Origin: Thermodesulfobacteriota bacterium
GTDB taxonomy: Bacteria; Desulfobacterota_D; UBA1144; Nemesobacterales; Mycalebacteriaceae
Assembly (NCBI GenBank): GCA_965205855.1
Contig: OZ242184.1
Span: forward strand, 1,280,001-1,344,000
Direction: 5' to 3'
Length of the DNA stretch: 64,000 nt
Shown: one piece after another, positions 30,214 through 40,462 of the stretch
How the letters are laid out: the number at the start of each line of letters is the position of its first letter
How positions within the stretch are numbered: position 1 is the stretch's first letter
The notes under the pieces: generated by a model
What the model was told of the DNA's origin: nothing
What the model saw: the letters and a program-made list of their open reading frames with translations, nothing else
Databases searched by the model: none
Translations under genes and position numbers: made by a program

Positions 30214-30548
30214 TGCCGCTCCTTGTTGTCCGAAGCGGGCGGCTCATAGATAAAGTCCGAATGGCGCGGCTCCCTGAAGCCCTTTTTTTTTGCAAGCGCG
30301 CTGAGACGGCGTCTTGAAAAAAGATCGTTGTAGCGCAGCTCCGCCGCCGCGACTTCTTCAACAAGTTCTTTCTCCCTGCGTACATTCTCAAGTGTCTCAT
30401 AAGCAAGGGACAGTTTTTCAATCCTGAAACGCAGGTATCCGACAAGCACTGCCACAACGACGCAGGTGGCGGCAAACACGCCGAAAAAAAAGGAGGCTTT
30501 TCTGAACAAAAGCCACCGCCGTCTTGATTTTGCCTTGCTCTGTTCCAC
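30210..30548 (-). CDS. ftsL: Cell division protein FtsL-like
   Basis: Basic N-terminus, one TM helix, coiled coil; located between rsmH and ftsI. Confidence 0.7.
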   Translation of the reverse strand: MEQSKAKSRRRWLLFRKASFFFGVFAATCVVVAVLVGYLRFRIEKLSLAYETLENVRREKELVEEVAAAELRYNDLFSRRRLSALAKKKGFREPRHSDFIYEPPASDNKERQ

Positions 30549-30560
30549 AGTTCCTTTCCG

Positions 30561-31517
30561 CTACACTTTTTCCGCGACTCTCATTTTTGCGCTTCGCGCG
30601 CGGGGGTTTGTGTCAATCTCCTCGCAAGACGGGGACACGGGTTTTCGCGTGAGCACCCTGACGCTTCTTTTTTTGCCGCATCCGCACTGCGCGAGCCCCG
30701 GAGGGCAGATGCACTCCAAACTCATAAATCTGAACGCGTGCTTCACAACTCTGTCTTCAAGGGAATGGAAGGAAATTACCACTATTCTCGCCCCCTTGCT
30801 AAGAAGAGGAACGGCTTTTTCAAGAAAGGTTTCAAGGTTGGAAATTTCGTTGTTCACTTTTATTCTGAGCGCCTGAAATGTTCTGGTCGCCGGGTGCGTG
30901 GAAGGCGGATGAAATTTTACGGGAATTGAGTTTGAAACTATAAGGGCGAGTTCACGGGAGGTTAAAACGGGAGATTTTTCACGGCTTTTTACAATCGCCG
31001 AGGCAATTTTTCCCGCAAATTTTTCCTCTCCGTATTTTTTTATAATTTCCCTTATTTCCCCAGCGCTCATCGTGTTTACAATATCCGAGGCGGTAAGGTC
31101 AAGAGCGGTGTCCATTCTCATATCAAGCGGCTCGTCCGCCTTGAAACTGAAACCGCGTCCGCTTTGTGAAATCTGACGGCTTGATATTCCAAGGTCCGCG
31201 ATGATACCGTCCACCTTGCCCACATTCGCGGCTCCGGCCGCCTTGTCTATTTCCGCAAAATTGGCGTTCATAACCGAGGCTCTGCCACCGAATCTCTCAA
31301 GACGCAGAGAAGCGAGTTTCGCCGAGTCCGAGTCGGAGTCAATGGCGACAAGTCTCGCGCCTTCAAACTCAAGAATCGCGCTTGAATGCCCGCCCATTCC
31401 GACCGTGGCATCAAAATATATTCCGCCGCCGCACGGATTGAGGTATGAAACCGATTCCTCAAGCATTACCGGACTGTGAAAAAATTCGTCTGTAAGAGAG
31501 GTTGAGGCGGTTTTCAT
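30561..31517 (-). CDS. rsmH: 16S rRNA m4C1402 methyltransferase
   Basis: DATVGMGGHS, DLGISS, PLDMRMD, FQALRI, ISFHSLEDR, NPRARSAK. Confidence 0.97.
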   Translation of the reverse strand: MKTASTSLTDEFFHSPVMLEESVSYLNPCGGGIYFDATVGMGGHSSAILEFEGARLVAIDSDSDSAKLASLRLERFGGRASVMNANFAEIDKAAGAANVGKVDGIIADLGISSRQISQSGRGFSFKADEPLDMRMDTALDLTASDIVNTMSAGEIREIIKKYGEEKFAGKIASAIVKSREKSPVLTSRELALIVSNSIPVKFHPPSTHPATRTFQALRIKVNNEISNLETFLEKAVPLLSKGARIVVISFHSLEDRVVKHAFRFMSLECICPPGLAQCGCGKKRSVRVLTRKPVSPSCEEIDTNPRARSAKMRVAEKV

Positions 31518-31531
31518 CTGCTTGTTCCGTT

Positions 31532-31561
31532 AGTATAATGCGTGCTGTCGGCACAAGGCAA
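31532..31561 (-). promoter_or_regulatory. Candidate sigma70 promoter of the dcw cluster
   Basis: TTGCCT-18 nt-TATACT upstream of rsmH. Confidence 0.45.
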
Positions 31562-31609
31562 TAATTTTGTTATGCTTGTGCTTCCGCAGGTTGCGGGGAA
31601 GAGAAAACC

Positions 31610-31825
31610 TTGAGTGTTTTCAGTCTGAAACTGAAAAATCAAAGCGATAATGTTCTTGTTCAGTCAATTCTGGGCGGATACTCGCACATCTTTTGGGTCA
31701 GAACCGAAAATCCGAAAGACCCGGTTGTCAAGGTTTTTACCACGCGGGATTTTGAGAAAGAAACGCTCTCCATTCTGAAAAGTCTCAAACAAGAGGTTGA
31801 TTTTGAATTTATCAACCCCGACTGA
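31610..31825 (+). CDS. Small protein, DUF4911-like
   Basis: 71 aa; ILGGY...VRT pattern resembles DUF4911; overlaps the murJ start. Confidence 0.5.
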   Translation: MSVFSLKLKNQSDNVLVQSILGGYSHIFWVRTENPKDPVVKVFTTRDFEKETLSILKSLKQEVDFEFINPD

Positions 31826-33365
31826 CCCGGCAAAAAACGCTCTCGGCAACTGGGGAACAGTCGGAGGGTTGACTTTCGCAAGCAGGATAGCCGGCTACGC
31901 GAGAGACCTCACGGTTGCGTATTTTCTGGGCGCGGGCTATCAGAGCGACGCTTTTTATGTCGCCTTCCGCATTCCCAACCTGCTCAGAAGACTTTTCGCC
32001 GAGGGTTTGCTGTCTTCATCTTTCATTCCGGTTTTTACCGAACACCTGTCCGCAAAAGGCGAACGGAGCGCGCGCGAGATGCTTGGCGCGGCTCTGACCG
32101 CGTTGCTTGTCATTCTCGGAGTGATAACCGTCGCGGGAATTGTGTTTGCCCCTCAAATCGTCCACATATTCGCGTCCGGATTCGGGGATGAGACTTTCGC
32201 GCTCACGGTTTCACTGGTCCGGCTGATGTTCCCGTACATACTGTTTGTGTCATTTGCCGCGCTCTCAATGGGTGCACTGAACTCGGTCGGACACTTTTTC
32301 GCGCCCGCGATCTCGCCTCTGCTTTTCAATCTATCTTTCATAGTCGGGATTGTATTTTTTCACGACAGGTGGGACGAGCCCGCGATAGCGGCGGCTCTGG
32401 GAGTTCTCGCGGGCGGCGCGGTGCAAAGCGCGGTGAACATTCCGTTTTTGAAATCATGTGGCATCGCTCCCGTGTTCGGAAACTTTTTCAAACACTCCCC
32501 TGTACTGAAAAAAATAGGTTTTCTCATGCTGCCCCAGATATTCGGAATGGCGGTCTATAACCTCAACATCATAGTCAACACCCAATACGCGTCCTATATG
32601 GAGAGCGGAACGGTGTCGTATCTCTACTTCGCGGAGCGGCTGACCGAATTTCCGCTCGGTATCGGAGCGGTCGCCATAGCAACCGTTCTTCTGCCGCGGC
32701 TGTCCTCTCTGGCGGCGGAAGGGAACATGAAGGGGTTTTGCGCAAACTACGAAAGCTCCCTGAAAATGACCTTGTTCATAACAATCCCAGCCGCCGCGGG
32801 ACTTATTGCGCTCGGTTTTCCAATATGCTCGGCTCTTTTTGAGAGAGGGGAATTCACAAGCGTAGACGCGCTTTTTTCATCTCAGGCACTTGCCGGATAC
32901 GCAGCCGGCCTGTGGGCGGTCGCGGGAATAAGAATCACCGCTCCGGCTTTTTTTGCGCTACAGGACACAAAAACCCCCGTCCGCGCCGCCTCGCTCGCGC
33001 TCGTGATTAACCTTGCGCTCGGCTATCTGCTCGGCTTTGAGCTGGGCCTCGCGCACACGGGGCTTGCGCTTGCCAGTTCGGTGTCCGCCGTGGTGAATTT
33101 TCTTATTCTCACCCGTCTTCTCAGGAAAAGGCTCGGAATAAATCCCGAACGCGGGTTTGCACTCTGGTGCGTTAAAGTATCGGCAATATCGGCATTTTCG
33201 GGAGTAGTAGCGAAAATTTCGTATGAGGCGTTAAACGGGTTTGCGCCGCAAGCCGCTGTTCTGGCAATCACCATTGCATTTGCAACGGCGGTTTTTATGG
33301 TTTCGGCAAGAGCGTTGAACATCGCCGAAGCCGGAAGGGTTATGGCAATGGTGCGGAGAAAATAG
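31797..33365 (+). CDS. murJ: Lipid II flippase
   Basis: SRIAGYARD, AFRIPNLLRRLFAEG, YFAERLTEFPLG, DTKTP. Confidence 0.95.
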   Translation: MILNLSTPTDPAKNALGNWGTVGGLTFASRIAGYARDLTVAYFLGAGYQSDAFYVAFRIPNLLRRLFAEGLLSSSFIPVFTEHLSAKGERSAREMLGAALTALLVILGVITVAGIVFAPQIVHIFASGFGDETFALTVSLVRLMFPYILFVSFAALSMGALNSVGHFFAPAISPLLFNLSFIVGIVFFHDRWDEPAIAAALGVLAGGAVQSAVNIPFLKSCGIAPVFGNFFKHSPVLKKIGFLMLPQIFGMAVYNLNIIVNTQYASYMESGTVSYLYFAERLTEFPLGIGAVAIATVLLPRLSSLAAEGNMKGFCANYESSLKMTLFITIPAAAGLIALGFPICSALFERGEFTSVDALFSSQALAGYAAGLWAVAGIRITAPAFFALQDTKTPVRAASLALVINLALGYLLGFELGLAHTGLALASSVSAVVNFLILTRLLRKRLGINPERGFALWCVKVSAISAFSGVVAKISYEALNGFAPQAAVLAITIAFATAVFMVSARALNIAEAGRVMAMVRRK

Positions 33366-33405
33366 ACGGAACAACTGTCCTTATGGGTGATAGACTAAAA
33401 GCCCA

Positions 33406-35496
33406 TTGGAGAATACTAAGGTAATGCCCTCGCAAGACATACTGCAAGAAATACTCAAAGACAGCAAATACAAATACAAACTTTCTCTTTTTTCACCGGA
33501 AGAAATTGCAGAGTTAAGAAGCAAGGTTGAAATCAAAAGGGCAAAGACAAAAGAAACTCCATACATAAAATGCGCGGTTCGTGGAAAAGACATTCAATTA
33601 AAACCCGAAGAAATTGTCCGTCAACTTTATACTTCACGGCTTATAAACGAATACGGTTATCCTCAAAACAGGCTCGCTTTTGAACACCTTGTCACTTTCG
33701 GCAGGGAAAAGAAAAAAGCCGATATTGTCATTTTTGACAAAGACCGCATTGATGCCCCTTACATCATTGTTGAACTGAAAAAACCAAAACTCAAAGACGG
33801 AAAAGACCAACTTCGCTCCTATTGCAATGCCACTGGCGCGCCGATTGGCGTTTGGACCAATGGCGAAAAAATATCTCATTACCACCGCAAAGATCCGAAT
33901 TATTTTGAAGACATCACCGATATTCCCAAAGCAAACCAAAGCCTCAAGGATATTCTAAGCGATCGGTTCACGCTAAAAGACCTCATTATCAAGGATAAAA
34001 TAGCCAATGAGCGAAAATCTTTAAAGGACATCATCTTAGAAATGGAGGATGAAGTTCTAGCCAATGCAGGAGTCGATGTCTTTGAAGAAGTTTTCAAACT
34101 TATTTTTACCAAACTCTATGATGAATTTTGCAGCAAAAAGGACAAGGCCAATATAGAGTTTTATCTTGAGCAGAATTTAAACAATGATGAAAGAGGGGAC
34201 TTTGACAGACTCAAGGAATCCCTTACTGATCTGAATGACAAGAATTTCCGTGTGATGGAGTTCAGAAACACCGGGCAAACCGATACTGAACTTAAAAACA
34301 AAATCCAGACGCTGTTTAATGAGGCGAAAAGCCAGTGGTCAGGCGTTTTCCCCGAAGGCTCAGCCTTTGAGTTATCCGATAGTCACTTGTCCGTCTGTAT
34401 CTCCAGCTTGCAGGATGTAAAGCTGTTCAACTCCAATCTGCTCGTGGTAGATGAAGCCTTTGAATATCTGGTCAGCAAATCCGCCAGAGGCGAAAAAGGT
34501 CAATATTTTACCCCGCGCCATGTGATTGATATGTGTGTGCAGATGCTCAACCCCAAACGGGGCGAGACCATGATCGACACCGCCTCCGGTAGTTGTGGTT
34601 TTCCCGTTCATACAATTTTCAAACTAACGGGTCATCTCTTTACCAATGCAGAAATTCCCGAAGTGGATAAACAGCATATCCTCAAGGTTTTTGGTATCGA
34701 CTTCGATGAAAAAACAGTGCGGGTTGCCCGAACCCTCAACCTGATTGCTGGCGATGGCGAAACCAATGTTTTACACCTCAATACGCTGGACTATGAACGC
34801 TGGAGCGACAAAACCGAGAAAGACCCGAAATGGATTACCACCTACGGCAAGGGCTTTGAGCGGTTAAAGGCACTCAGGGCAGAGAAAGACAGTGATAAAC
34901 GCTTCAATTTTGATGTGCTGATGGCCAACCCACCCTTTGCAGGCGACATCAAGGAAAGCCGCTTGCTCCACCAGTACGAGTTTGGCTTCAAGGCCGATGG
35001 CAAGAAGGCTCAAAGCAAAGTCAAGCGGGATATTCTATTTATCGAGCGCAACCTTGATTTTCTAAAACCCGGTGGTCGCATGGCGATCGTGTTACCGCAA
35101 GGTCGCTTCAACAACACTTCGGACAAACATATCCGTGATTTCATCTCTGAGCATGGCCGTATCCTGGCTGTGGTTGGTTTGCATGGCAATACCTTCAAAC
35201 CCCACACAGGCACCAAAACCAGCGTGTTATTCGTGCAAAAATGGCATGATGAACTTTGCCCAAAAGTTGAAGATTATCCGATCTTCTTTGCTGTATCTGA
35301 AATGGGCGGAAAGAATAACTCAGGCGATTATATCTATGTTGAAAATGGCAACGGGAAATACAAGCTGGATAACAACGGTCACCTGATCGTTGACCATGAT
35401 CTACATAACCATGATGGAATGCTGCAAAATGGCATTGCCGAAGCCTTTATTGATTGGGGAAAAACGGAAAATTTCTCCTTCTGGCAGGAGGGGTAA
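33406..35496 (+). CDS. Fused restriction endonuclease (HsdR_N-like) and N6-adenine methyltransferase (Type IIG/IIB-like)
   Basis: PEEIVRQ...ADIV...IVELK...QLRSY...WTNG nuclease; GQYFTPR, DTASGSCGF (motif I), NPPF (motif IV). Confidence 0.88.
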   Translation: MENTKVMPSQDILQEILKDSKYKYKLSLFSPEEIAELRSKVEIKRAKTKETPYIKCAVRGKDIQLKPEEIVRQLYTSRLINEYGYPQNRLAFEHLVTFGREKKKADIVIFDKDRIDAPYIIVELKKPKLKDGKDQLRSYCNATGAPIGVWTNGEKISHYHRKDPNYFEDITDIPKANQSLKDILSDRFTLKDLIIKDKIANERKSLKDIILEMEDEVLANAGVDVFEEVFKLIFTKLYDEFCSKKDKANIEFYLEQNLNNDERGDFDRLKESLTDLNDKNFRVMEFRNTGQTDTELKNKIQTLFNEAKSQWSGVFPEGSAFELSDSHLSVCISSLQDVKLFNSNLLVVDEAFEYLVSKSARGEKGQYFTPRHVIDMCVQMLNPKRGETMIDTASGSCGFPVHTIFKLTGHLFTNAEIPEVDKQHILKVFGIDFDEKTVRVARTLNLIAGDGETNVLHLNTLDYERWSDKTEKDPKWITTYGKGFERLKALRAEKDSDKRFNFDVLMANPPFAGDIKESRLLHQYEFGFKADGKKAQSKVKRDILFIERNLDFLKPGGRMAIVLPQGRFNNTSDKHIRDFISEHGRILAVVGLHGNTFKPHTGTKTSVLFVQKWHDELCPKVEDYPIFFAVSEMGGKNNSGDYIYVENGNGKYKLDNNGHLIVDHDLHNHDGMLQNGIAEAFIDWGKTENFSFWQEG

Positions 35497-35499
35497 AGG

Positions 35500-36966
35500 G
35501 TGCAGGTAAGCATATTAAAATTCTCCGACACTACACAAAATGATGGCACTTTTCGATTAGATGCTGAACACTATCGAAAACAATATTTAGATAATCAAGA
35601 TAAGCTTTTGAATTTTGGCTCTCAACCACTACTTGAAATAATCTCACAACCTGTAATGACTGGTCACACTCCGTCGATGAAAGTCGAATCATATTATGGA
35701 GGTAGTGTAGGTTTTGTTAAAACAGATAATCTTAGAGGATTTAGAATTTCAGGGCAGTTTTCCCATTATTTAAGCAGTCATGGGAACGAAGTGATAAAGA
35801 GAAGTTCTCTCCGAGAGGGAGATTTGATTGTTACCATAATAGGAGCAACACAAAAAATAGTTGGTCGAGCGGCGTTAATTCGTAAACAAGATTTACCTTT
35901 AAATATAAATCAAAATATTGCTCTTATAAGACTTAAATCTGTTTCACCATATTTTTTATCCATCTATCTTAACTCAAAGATAGGCAGATTAGCTTTATGG
36001 TTTCTTTCACGGCAAACCGAGCAAGTAAATCTTAACTGCCGTGAAATTGAAAAGACTCTAGTTCCAAAATTTTCTAAATTATTTATTGAGATAATTGAAA
36101 ATTCCTATAGGCGCGCGGTTTTAAAAGAAACCGACTCCAGCATATTATATGAGGAAGCTCAAAATTTCCTACTTACCGAGCTAGGACTAAACGACTGGAA
36201 TCCCAAACACCAGCTTACCTTTATCAAAAATTATTCTGATACCACACAAGCCGAACGTATCGACGCAGAATACTATCAGCCGAAATACGATGAGATTATC
36301 AGTGCCATCAAAAATTATTCAGGTGGCTGGGAAAGTTTGGAAAAATTGGTTGAGATAAAAAAATGTATTGAAGTTGGAAGCGGTGAATATCTCGCTGAAG
36401 GCATCCCCTTTATCAGAGTCAGCAACATTAGCCCTTTTGAAATATCTGAGGAAAAATATATCTCGGAACAACTCTACACAAAACTAACACCAAACGAACA
36501 GAATGTACCTTTTATAAAATCAAAGAACCATCAACCACAACAGGGAGAGATATTATTTAGTAAGGATGGCTCCCCAGGAATTGCCTACCACCTAAAAGAT
36601 AGTCCTCAGAAAATGATCGTTTCTGGAGGCATACTGCGCCTCAAGAGCAAAACAGACAAAGTAAGCAATGAATATCTCACCTTGGTATTAAATTCTGTTT
36701 TGACACAAGAACAGGTGAAACGCGATATAGGCGGCTCTATCATATTGCATTGGCGACCCGATCAAGTGAAAGAAACAATCATTCCTATTTTATCTGATGC
36801 TAAACAGCAAGAAATCCAACAAAAAATCACCGAGTCTTTTAACCTGCGAAAACAATCTAAACACCTGCTGGAATGTGCAAAAAAAGCAGTAGAAATAGCA
36901 ATAGAGCAAGACGAACAGACCGCTATAAAGTGGCTTGAGAAAGAAACAGCCAAGCAACCAACCTAA
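35500..36966 (+). CDS. Restriction-modification specificity subunit with two target recognition domains
   Basis: Repeated FRLDAEHY / ERIDAEYY, GDLIVT / GEILFSKDG, YL...LNS conserved blocks; directly after the RM gene. Confidence 0.85.
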   Translation: MQVSILKFSDTTQNDGTFRLDAEHYRKQYLDNQDKLLNFGSQPLLEIISQPVMTGHTPSMKVESYYGGSVGFVKTDNLRGFRISGQFSHYLSSHGNEVIKRSSLREGDLIVTIIGATQKIVGRAALIRKQDLPLNINQNIALIRLKSVSPYFLSIYLNSKIGRLALWFLSRQTEQVNLNCREIEKTLVPKFSKLFIEIIENSYRRAVLKETDSSILYEEAQNFLLTELGLNDWNPKHQLTFIKNYSDTTQAERIDAEYYQPKYDEIISAIKNYSGGWESLEKLVEIKKCIEVGSGEYLAEGIPFIRVSNISPFEISEEKYISEQLYTKLTPNEQNVPFIKSKNHQPQQGEILFSKDGSPGIAYHLKDSPQKMIVSGGILRLKSKTDKVSNEYLTLVLNSVLTQEQVKRDIGGSIILHWRPDQVKETIIPILSDAKQQEIQQKITESFNLRKQSKHLLECAKKAVEIAIEQDEQTAIKWLEKETAKQPT

Positions 36967-36969
36967 CCC

Positions 36970-37353
36970 TCACCCCGTCTTCCTCATCTCAAACCTGCCC
37001 CCGCGTCCGAAGGTATTAACAAAATACCCGCGAATGTGGGTTTCACTTTCAATAACGCCGAAAAACAGGGCTATTAAGTCGCCCGCAGCGGTTTCCCTTC
37101 TGATTGTGAGCAGATTTTTCGAGTCTTGCGGAGCATTTTCGGGAATGGAAACAACTTCCCCGGCAATCTTTGACAAACTTTTTTGAGGATCCGGATTCTC
37201 CTCTCCGGTTGCCGGGTCTATGAGGTAATACGACTCTCCGAAAACGCTCCTTCCGCTCTGTTCAAGGATGAGTTGATGGAGTCCCCTTTTCTTCTTTCCG
37301 TCTTTGCCAACAGGAAAACCTTCCAGTTCCCATTTGCCGCCGATGTTCTCCAT
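36970..37353 (-). CDS. Hypothetical protein, predicted beta-rich
   Basis: 127 aa ORF with an RBS-like AAGGA, co-oriented with the upstream gene. Confidence 0.6.
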   Translation of the reverse strand: MENIGGKWELEGFPVGKDGKKKRGLHQLILEQSGRSVFGESYYLIDPATGEENPDPQKSLSKIAGEVVSIPENAPQDSKNLLTIRRETAAGDLIALFFGVIESETHIRGYFVNTFGRGGRFEMRKTG

Positions 37354-37379
37354 TGTCCTTTCCGGCGGAAAGCGAAAAA

Positions 37380-37814
37380 CTACTCCTTGTTCTCTTTTTC
37401 CACTTTCGGCTCCTTTTTTGCCTCTTCTTCCTTCACTTCTTCAGTGGGAGCAGATTCTTCGGTTTTCTTTTCTACGGAAGTTTCAGACGTTTCCTGCTTT
37501 GTTTCTTCCGCTTCGAGTTTTTCTTCAGCAGGAACTTCCGCTTTCGTCTCAGCGGGCTTCTCTGCCGCGCTCTCCTTTTTCACTTCCTCTTTGGGCGCTC
37601 CCGCTCCGTCCGCTTCTTTTGCGGGGACCTTTGCGGACGGCACCTCTTTTACGGGTTCGGGCGGAATCGGCACATTGAGCAACCCTTCCTCAACAAGAAC
37701 TTTTATCTTGTTGCGTCCGTTAACCGCTCTTTTGCGCTTCGTGGTTCTGACGGCGTACCTGCCGTCCGCGCGCTCGTAGATGATGTGGTCGGATGTTCTC
37801 TTTACGATTTTCAT
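37380..37814 (-). CDS. Hypothetical protein with basic N-domain and acidic low-complexity tail
   Basis: Strong RBS (AGGAGAAAGG) before ATG; E/K/A/P-rich C-terminus. Confidence 0.7.
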   Translation of the reverse strand: MKIVKRTSDHIIYERADGRYAVRTTKRKRAVNGRNKIKVLVEEGLLNVPIPPEPVKEVPSAKVPAKEADGAGAPKEEVKKESAAEKPAETKAEVPAEEKLEAEETKQETSETSVEKKTEESAPTEEVKEEEAKKEPKVEKENKE

Positions 37815-38004
37815 GGTGTTTACCTTTCTCCTTTTGATACTCGGTTGGATTTGCCCAACGCCTCCGCCGGGAGCAGGGGCTTACTGTACAGCATTCGCGA
37901 AACTATGCAAACGGGTTTTGCCTTGAAATCGGTTTACCAATAAAGCAGAATTGAGGGAAAGAACTTCCGCCGGATTCCCTTTTCCTGAGACGGTCGCTAA
38001 ATCA

Positions 38005-38460
38005 ATGAACATACTCGTAATCCATGGGCCAAATCTCGGTCTTCTCGGCAAACGACAGCCGGACATATACGGAAGTGAAACGCTTGACGATATAAACGCG
38101 AACCTCTCCGCGCTAATGCGGAAAAAAGATCCCGAAGGCAAAATTGAGTTCTTTCAAAGCGACTCGGAAGGGGAAATTGTGAGCGCAATACAAAACACAC
38201 TGGACAAGTTTGACGGAATCGTAATAAACCCCGCCGCATACACGCACACAAGCGTTGCCGTGCGGGACGCGATACTTTCGGTCGGTGTTCCTACGGTTGA
38301 AGTTCATATCTCAAACATCCACAAAAGAGAAGAGTTCCGGCACAACTCCTTTGTTTCGCCCGTGGCAACGGGAGTGGTGGCGGGATTTGGAGCCGCAAGT
38401 TACCTTCTGGGACTGCGCGGCCTTCTTGAACATCTTGCGGGCAACAAGAACAATGGATAA
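38005..38460 (+). CDS. aroQ: Type II 3-dehydroquinate dehydratase
   Basis: [33 protein letters not shown]. Confidence 0.96.
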   Translation: MNILVIHGPNLGLLGKRQPDIYGSETLDDINANLSALMRKKDPEGKIEFFQSDSEGEIVSAIQNTLDKFDGIVINPAAYTHTSVAVRDAILSVGVPTVEVHISNIHKREEFRHNSFVSPVATGVVAGFGAASYLLGLRGLLEHLAGNKNNG

Positions 38461-38680
38461 AGGCAAAACCGCATATTCGGAATACAAAGTCATCCAGATA
38501 TCCGAAGGTTTGTTCGGAACAATTTTTCTCGGTTCTTCGAGACTGCCCGTAAAAAAAATGGAAGAGGAAATGAACAAATACGCCGCTACGGGCTGGCAAG
38601 TGGTGTTTCAGATTATTGAACAAAAACGCCTTCTGCTGTTATGGTCGCGCGAAACGGTAATTATAACCCTCGGGCGATAA
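38453..38680 (+). CDS. DUF4177-like small protein
   Basis: EYKVI...[12 protein letters not shown] pattern. Confidence 0.7.
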   Translation: MDKGKTAYSEYKVIQISEGLFGTIFLGSSRLPVKKMEEEMNKYAATGWQVVFQIIEQKRLLLLWSRETVIITLGR

Positions 38681-38695
38681 CATAAAGGACTTCAA

Positions 38696-40462
38696 ATGAA
38701 AAAAAACTGGCTTATAAAAGAGCAAACCCCAGAACTAAGCGCGGAACTCGCGCACAAGACGGGGGTGTCTCCGCTTGTGGGGCAACTGCTTGTCAACAGG
38801 GGAATAAAAACCGGCGAACGCGCCTTGAGGTTTTTTGAAAACAGCATCAGAGACCTTCCAAGCCCGTTGCTTATGTCGGGAATGGAAGACGCGGTCTCAA
38901 GGATAGTGAAGGCCGTTTACGAAGGCGAAACGGTGGCAGTCTACGGGGACTATGACGCGGACGGCGTAACCTCCACATCGCTTCTGTGCGGATTCTTCAG
39001 ATCTCTTGAAATGGATGCAATCTACTTTGTTCCGCACAGGGTGAAAGACGGATACGGGATAAATGAACGCGCCGTTAGGGAACTAAGCGAGCGCGGCGCG
39101 ACTCTTATAGTCTCAACCGATTGCGGCATAACGGCGGTCAGCGAGATAGAAACCGCAAAGGGGCTCGGAATAGATTTCATCATCACAGACCATCACCTGC
39201 CGGAAGAAAAGATTCCAGATGCAGTGGCGGTGGTGAATCCCAAACTGCCGGGTTGCAAATACCCCGAAGATGAAAAAGAACTCGCGGGCGTGGGAGTCGC
39301 CTTCAATCTCGCGCTGGCGGTGAGGGCAAACTTGAGAGAAAAAGGTTTTTTTGACAGCCGCGAGGAGCCGAACATGGCGCAGTATCTGGATCTGGTCGCA
39401 ATCGGCACGGTCGTGGACAGGGTGCCTCTCGCGGGCGCCAACAGAATCATGGTCAGAGAGGGCATAAGGAAAATGAGGCTCTCCCAGAGACCCGGCATAG
39501 AGGCTCTCAAGGAAGTTAGCAGAATAAACGGCGGACTCAACTCCGATGACATAGCGTTCAGGATAGGGCCCCGCATAAACGCTGCGGGCAGAATCGGGGG
39601 ACCGGAAACCGCCGTTGAGCTTCTGTTGTCCGAGAACTCGGAGGAAGCGCGCAAAACCGCAAGACAACTTGACAAAATGAACAGAAACCGCCAGCAGCTT
39701 GAGCGCAACGCCGTTGAAGAAGCCGCTTCAATGTTGAAACAAGTGCCCGACGATGAGCAACCGGCCTGCATAGTTCTTGCGTCCGAGCGGTGGCATCCGG
39801 GAATAATAGGACCCCTCGCCTCACGGCTTGTGGAAAGACACTCCAAGCCCGCGTTTGCCATATCAGTCGGGGAAGACGGAATCGGAAAAGGCTCGGGAAG
39901 AACCGTTCCGTGGGTCAACCTTCACAAGGCACTGGAACACTGCGCGGACTCGCTTGAGCGGTACGGAGGACACGCGATGGCGGCGGGCATCACCGTGGCG
40001 GAATGCAACATAGACAAATTCCGCGAGTCTCTTAACGCTCATCTCAAAGCAACCGGTGCCGGGCGCGAAAACTCGGTGCGGGAAAACTCCTGCGTTATAG
40101 ATGCGAAAATTGAGATTGAGAATGTAACGGCCAAAACGGCGGAACAAATGGAATCTCTTGAACCGTTCGGAAGCGGGAACCCGAAGCCGGTTCTGCTGCT
40201 TGAAGGCGCGAAAATAGTTTCGCACAACATCATAAAAAATTCTCACCTCAAACTTTTTGTGGACAGAGGCGCGGGAGAAAAACCTCTTGAGGCGATGTGG
40301 TGGAATGCGGCGGAGAGAGAGAGAGAAATTGCCGCCGGAGGAAAGGCGGACATAGTTTTTACAATGGGAATGGAAAATTGGGGCAACCGGCGGAGCCTTT
40401 CGCTGAAGATAGTTGACATAAGTCGTGGGCGGACGAGAAACGGAGGCGGCGTTGGGAGCTAA
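38696..40462 (+). CDS. recJ: Single-stranded DNA exonuclease
   Basis: YGDYDADG, DCG, TDHH, PRINAAGR, GGHAMAAG, LEPFGSGNP. Confidence 0.96.
   Translation: MKKNWLIKEQTPELSAELAHKTGVSPLVGQLLVNRGIKTGERALRFFENSIRDLPSPLLMSGMEDAVSRIVKAVYEGETVAVYGDYDADGVTSTSLLCGFFRSLEMDAIYFVPHRVKDGYGINERAVRELSERGATLIVSTDCGITAVSEIETAKGLGIDFIITDHHLPEEKIPDAVAVVNPKLPGCKYPEDEKELAGVGVAFNLALAVRANLREKGFFDSREEPNMAQYLDLVAIGTVVDRVPLAGANRIMVREGIRKMRLSQRPGIEALKEVSRINGGLNSDDIAFRIGPRINAAGRIGGPETAVELLLSENSEEARKTARQLDKMNRNRQQLERNAVEEAASMLKQVPDDEQPACIVLASERWHPGIIGPLASRLVERHSKPAFAISVGEDGIGKGSGRTVPWVNLHKALEHCADSLERYGGHAMAAGITVAECNIDKFRESLNAHLKATGAGRENSVRENSCVIDAKIEIENVTAKTAEQMESLEPFGSGNPKPVLLLEGAKIVSHNIIKNSHLKLFVDRGAGEKPLEAMWWNAAEREREIAAGGKADIVFTMGMENWGNRRSLSLKIVDISRGRTRNGGGVGS

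Noticed and set aside
37183-37943. Plus-strand ORFs of 124-198 aa
   Set aside because: F/S/L-rich antisense shadows of the low-complexity minus-strand gene, which has the RBS.
40064-40090. Short duplication encoding RENSVRENSC in recJ
   Set aside because: In-frame micro-duplication in a linker; no evidence of function.
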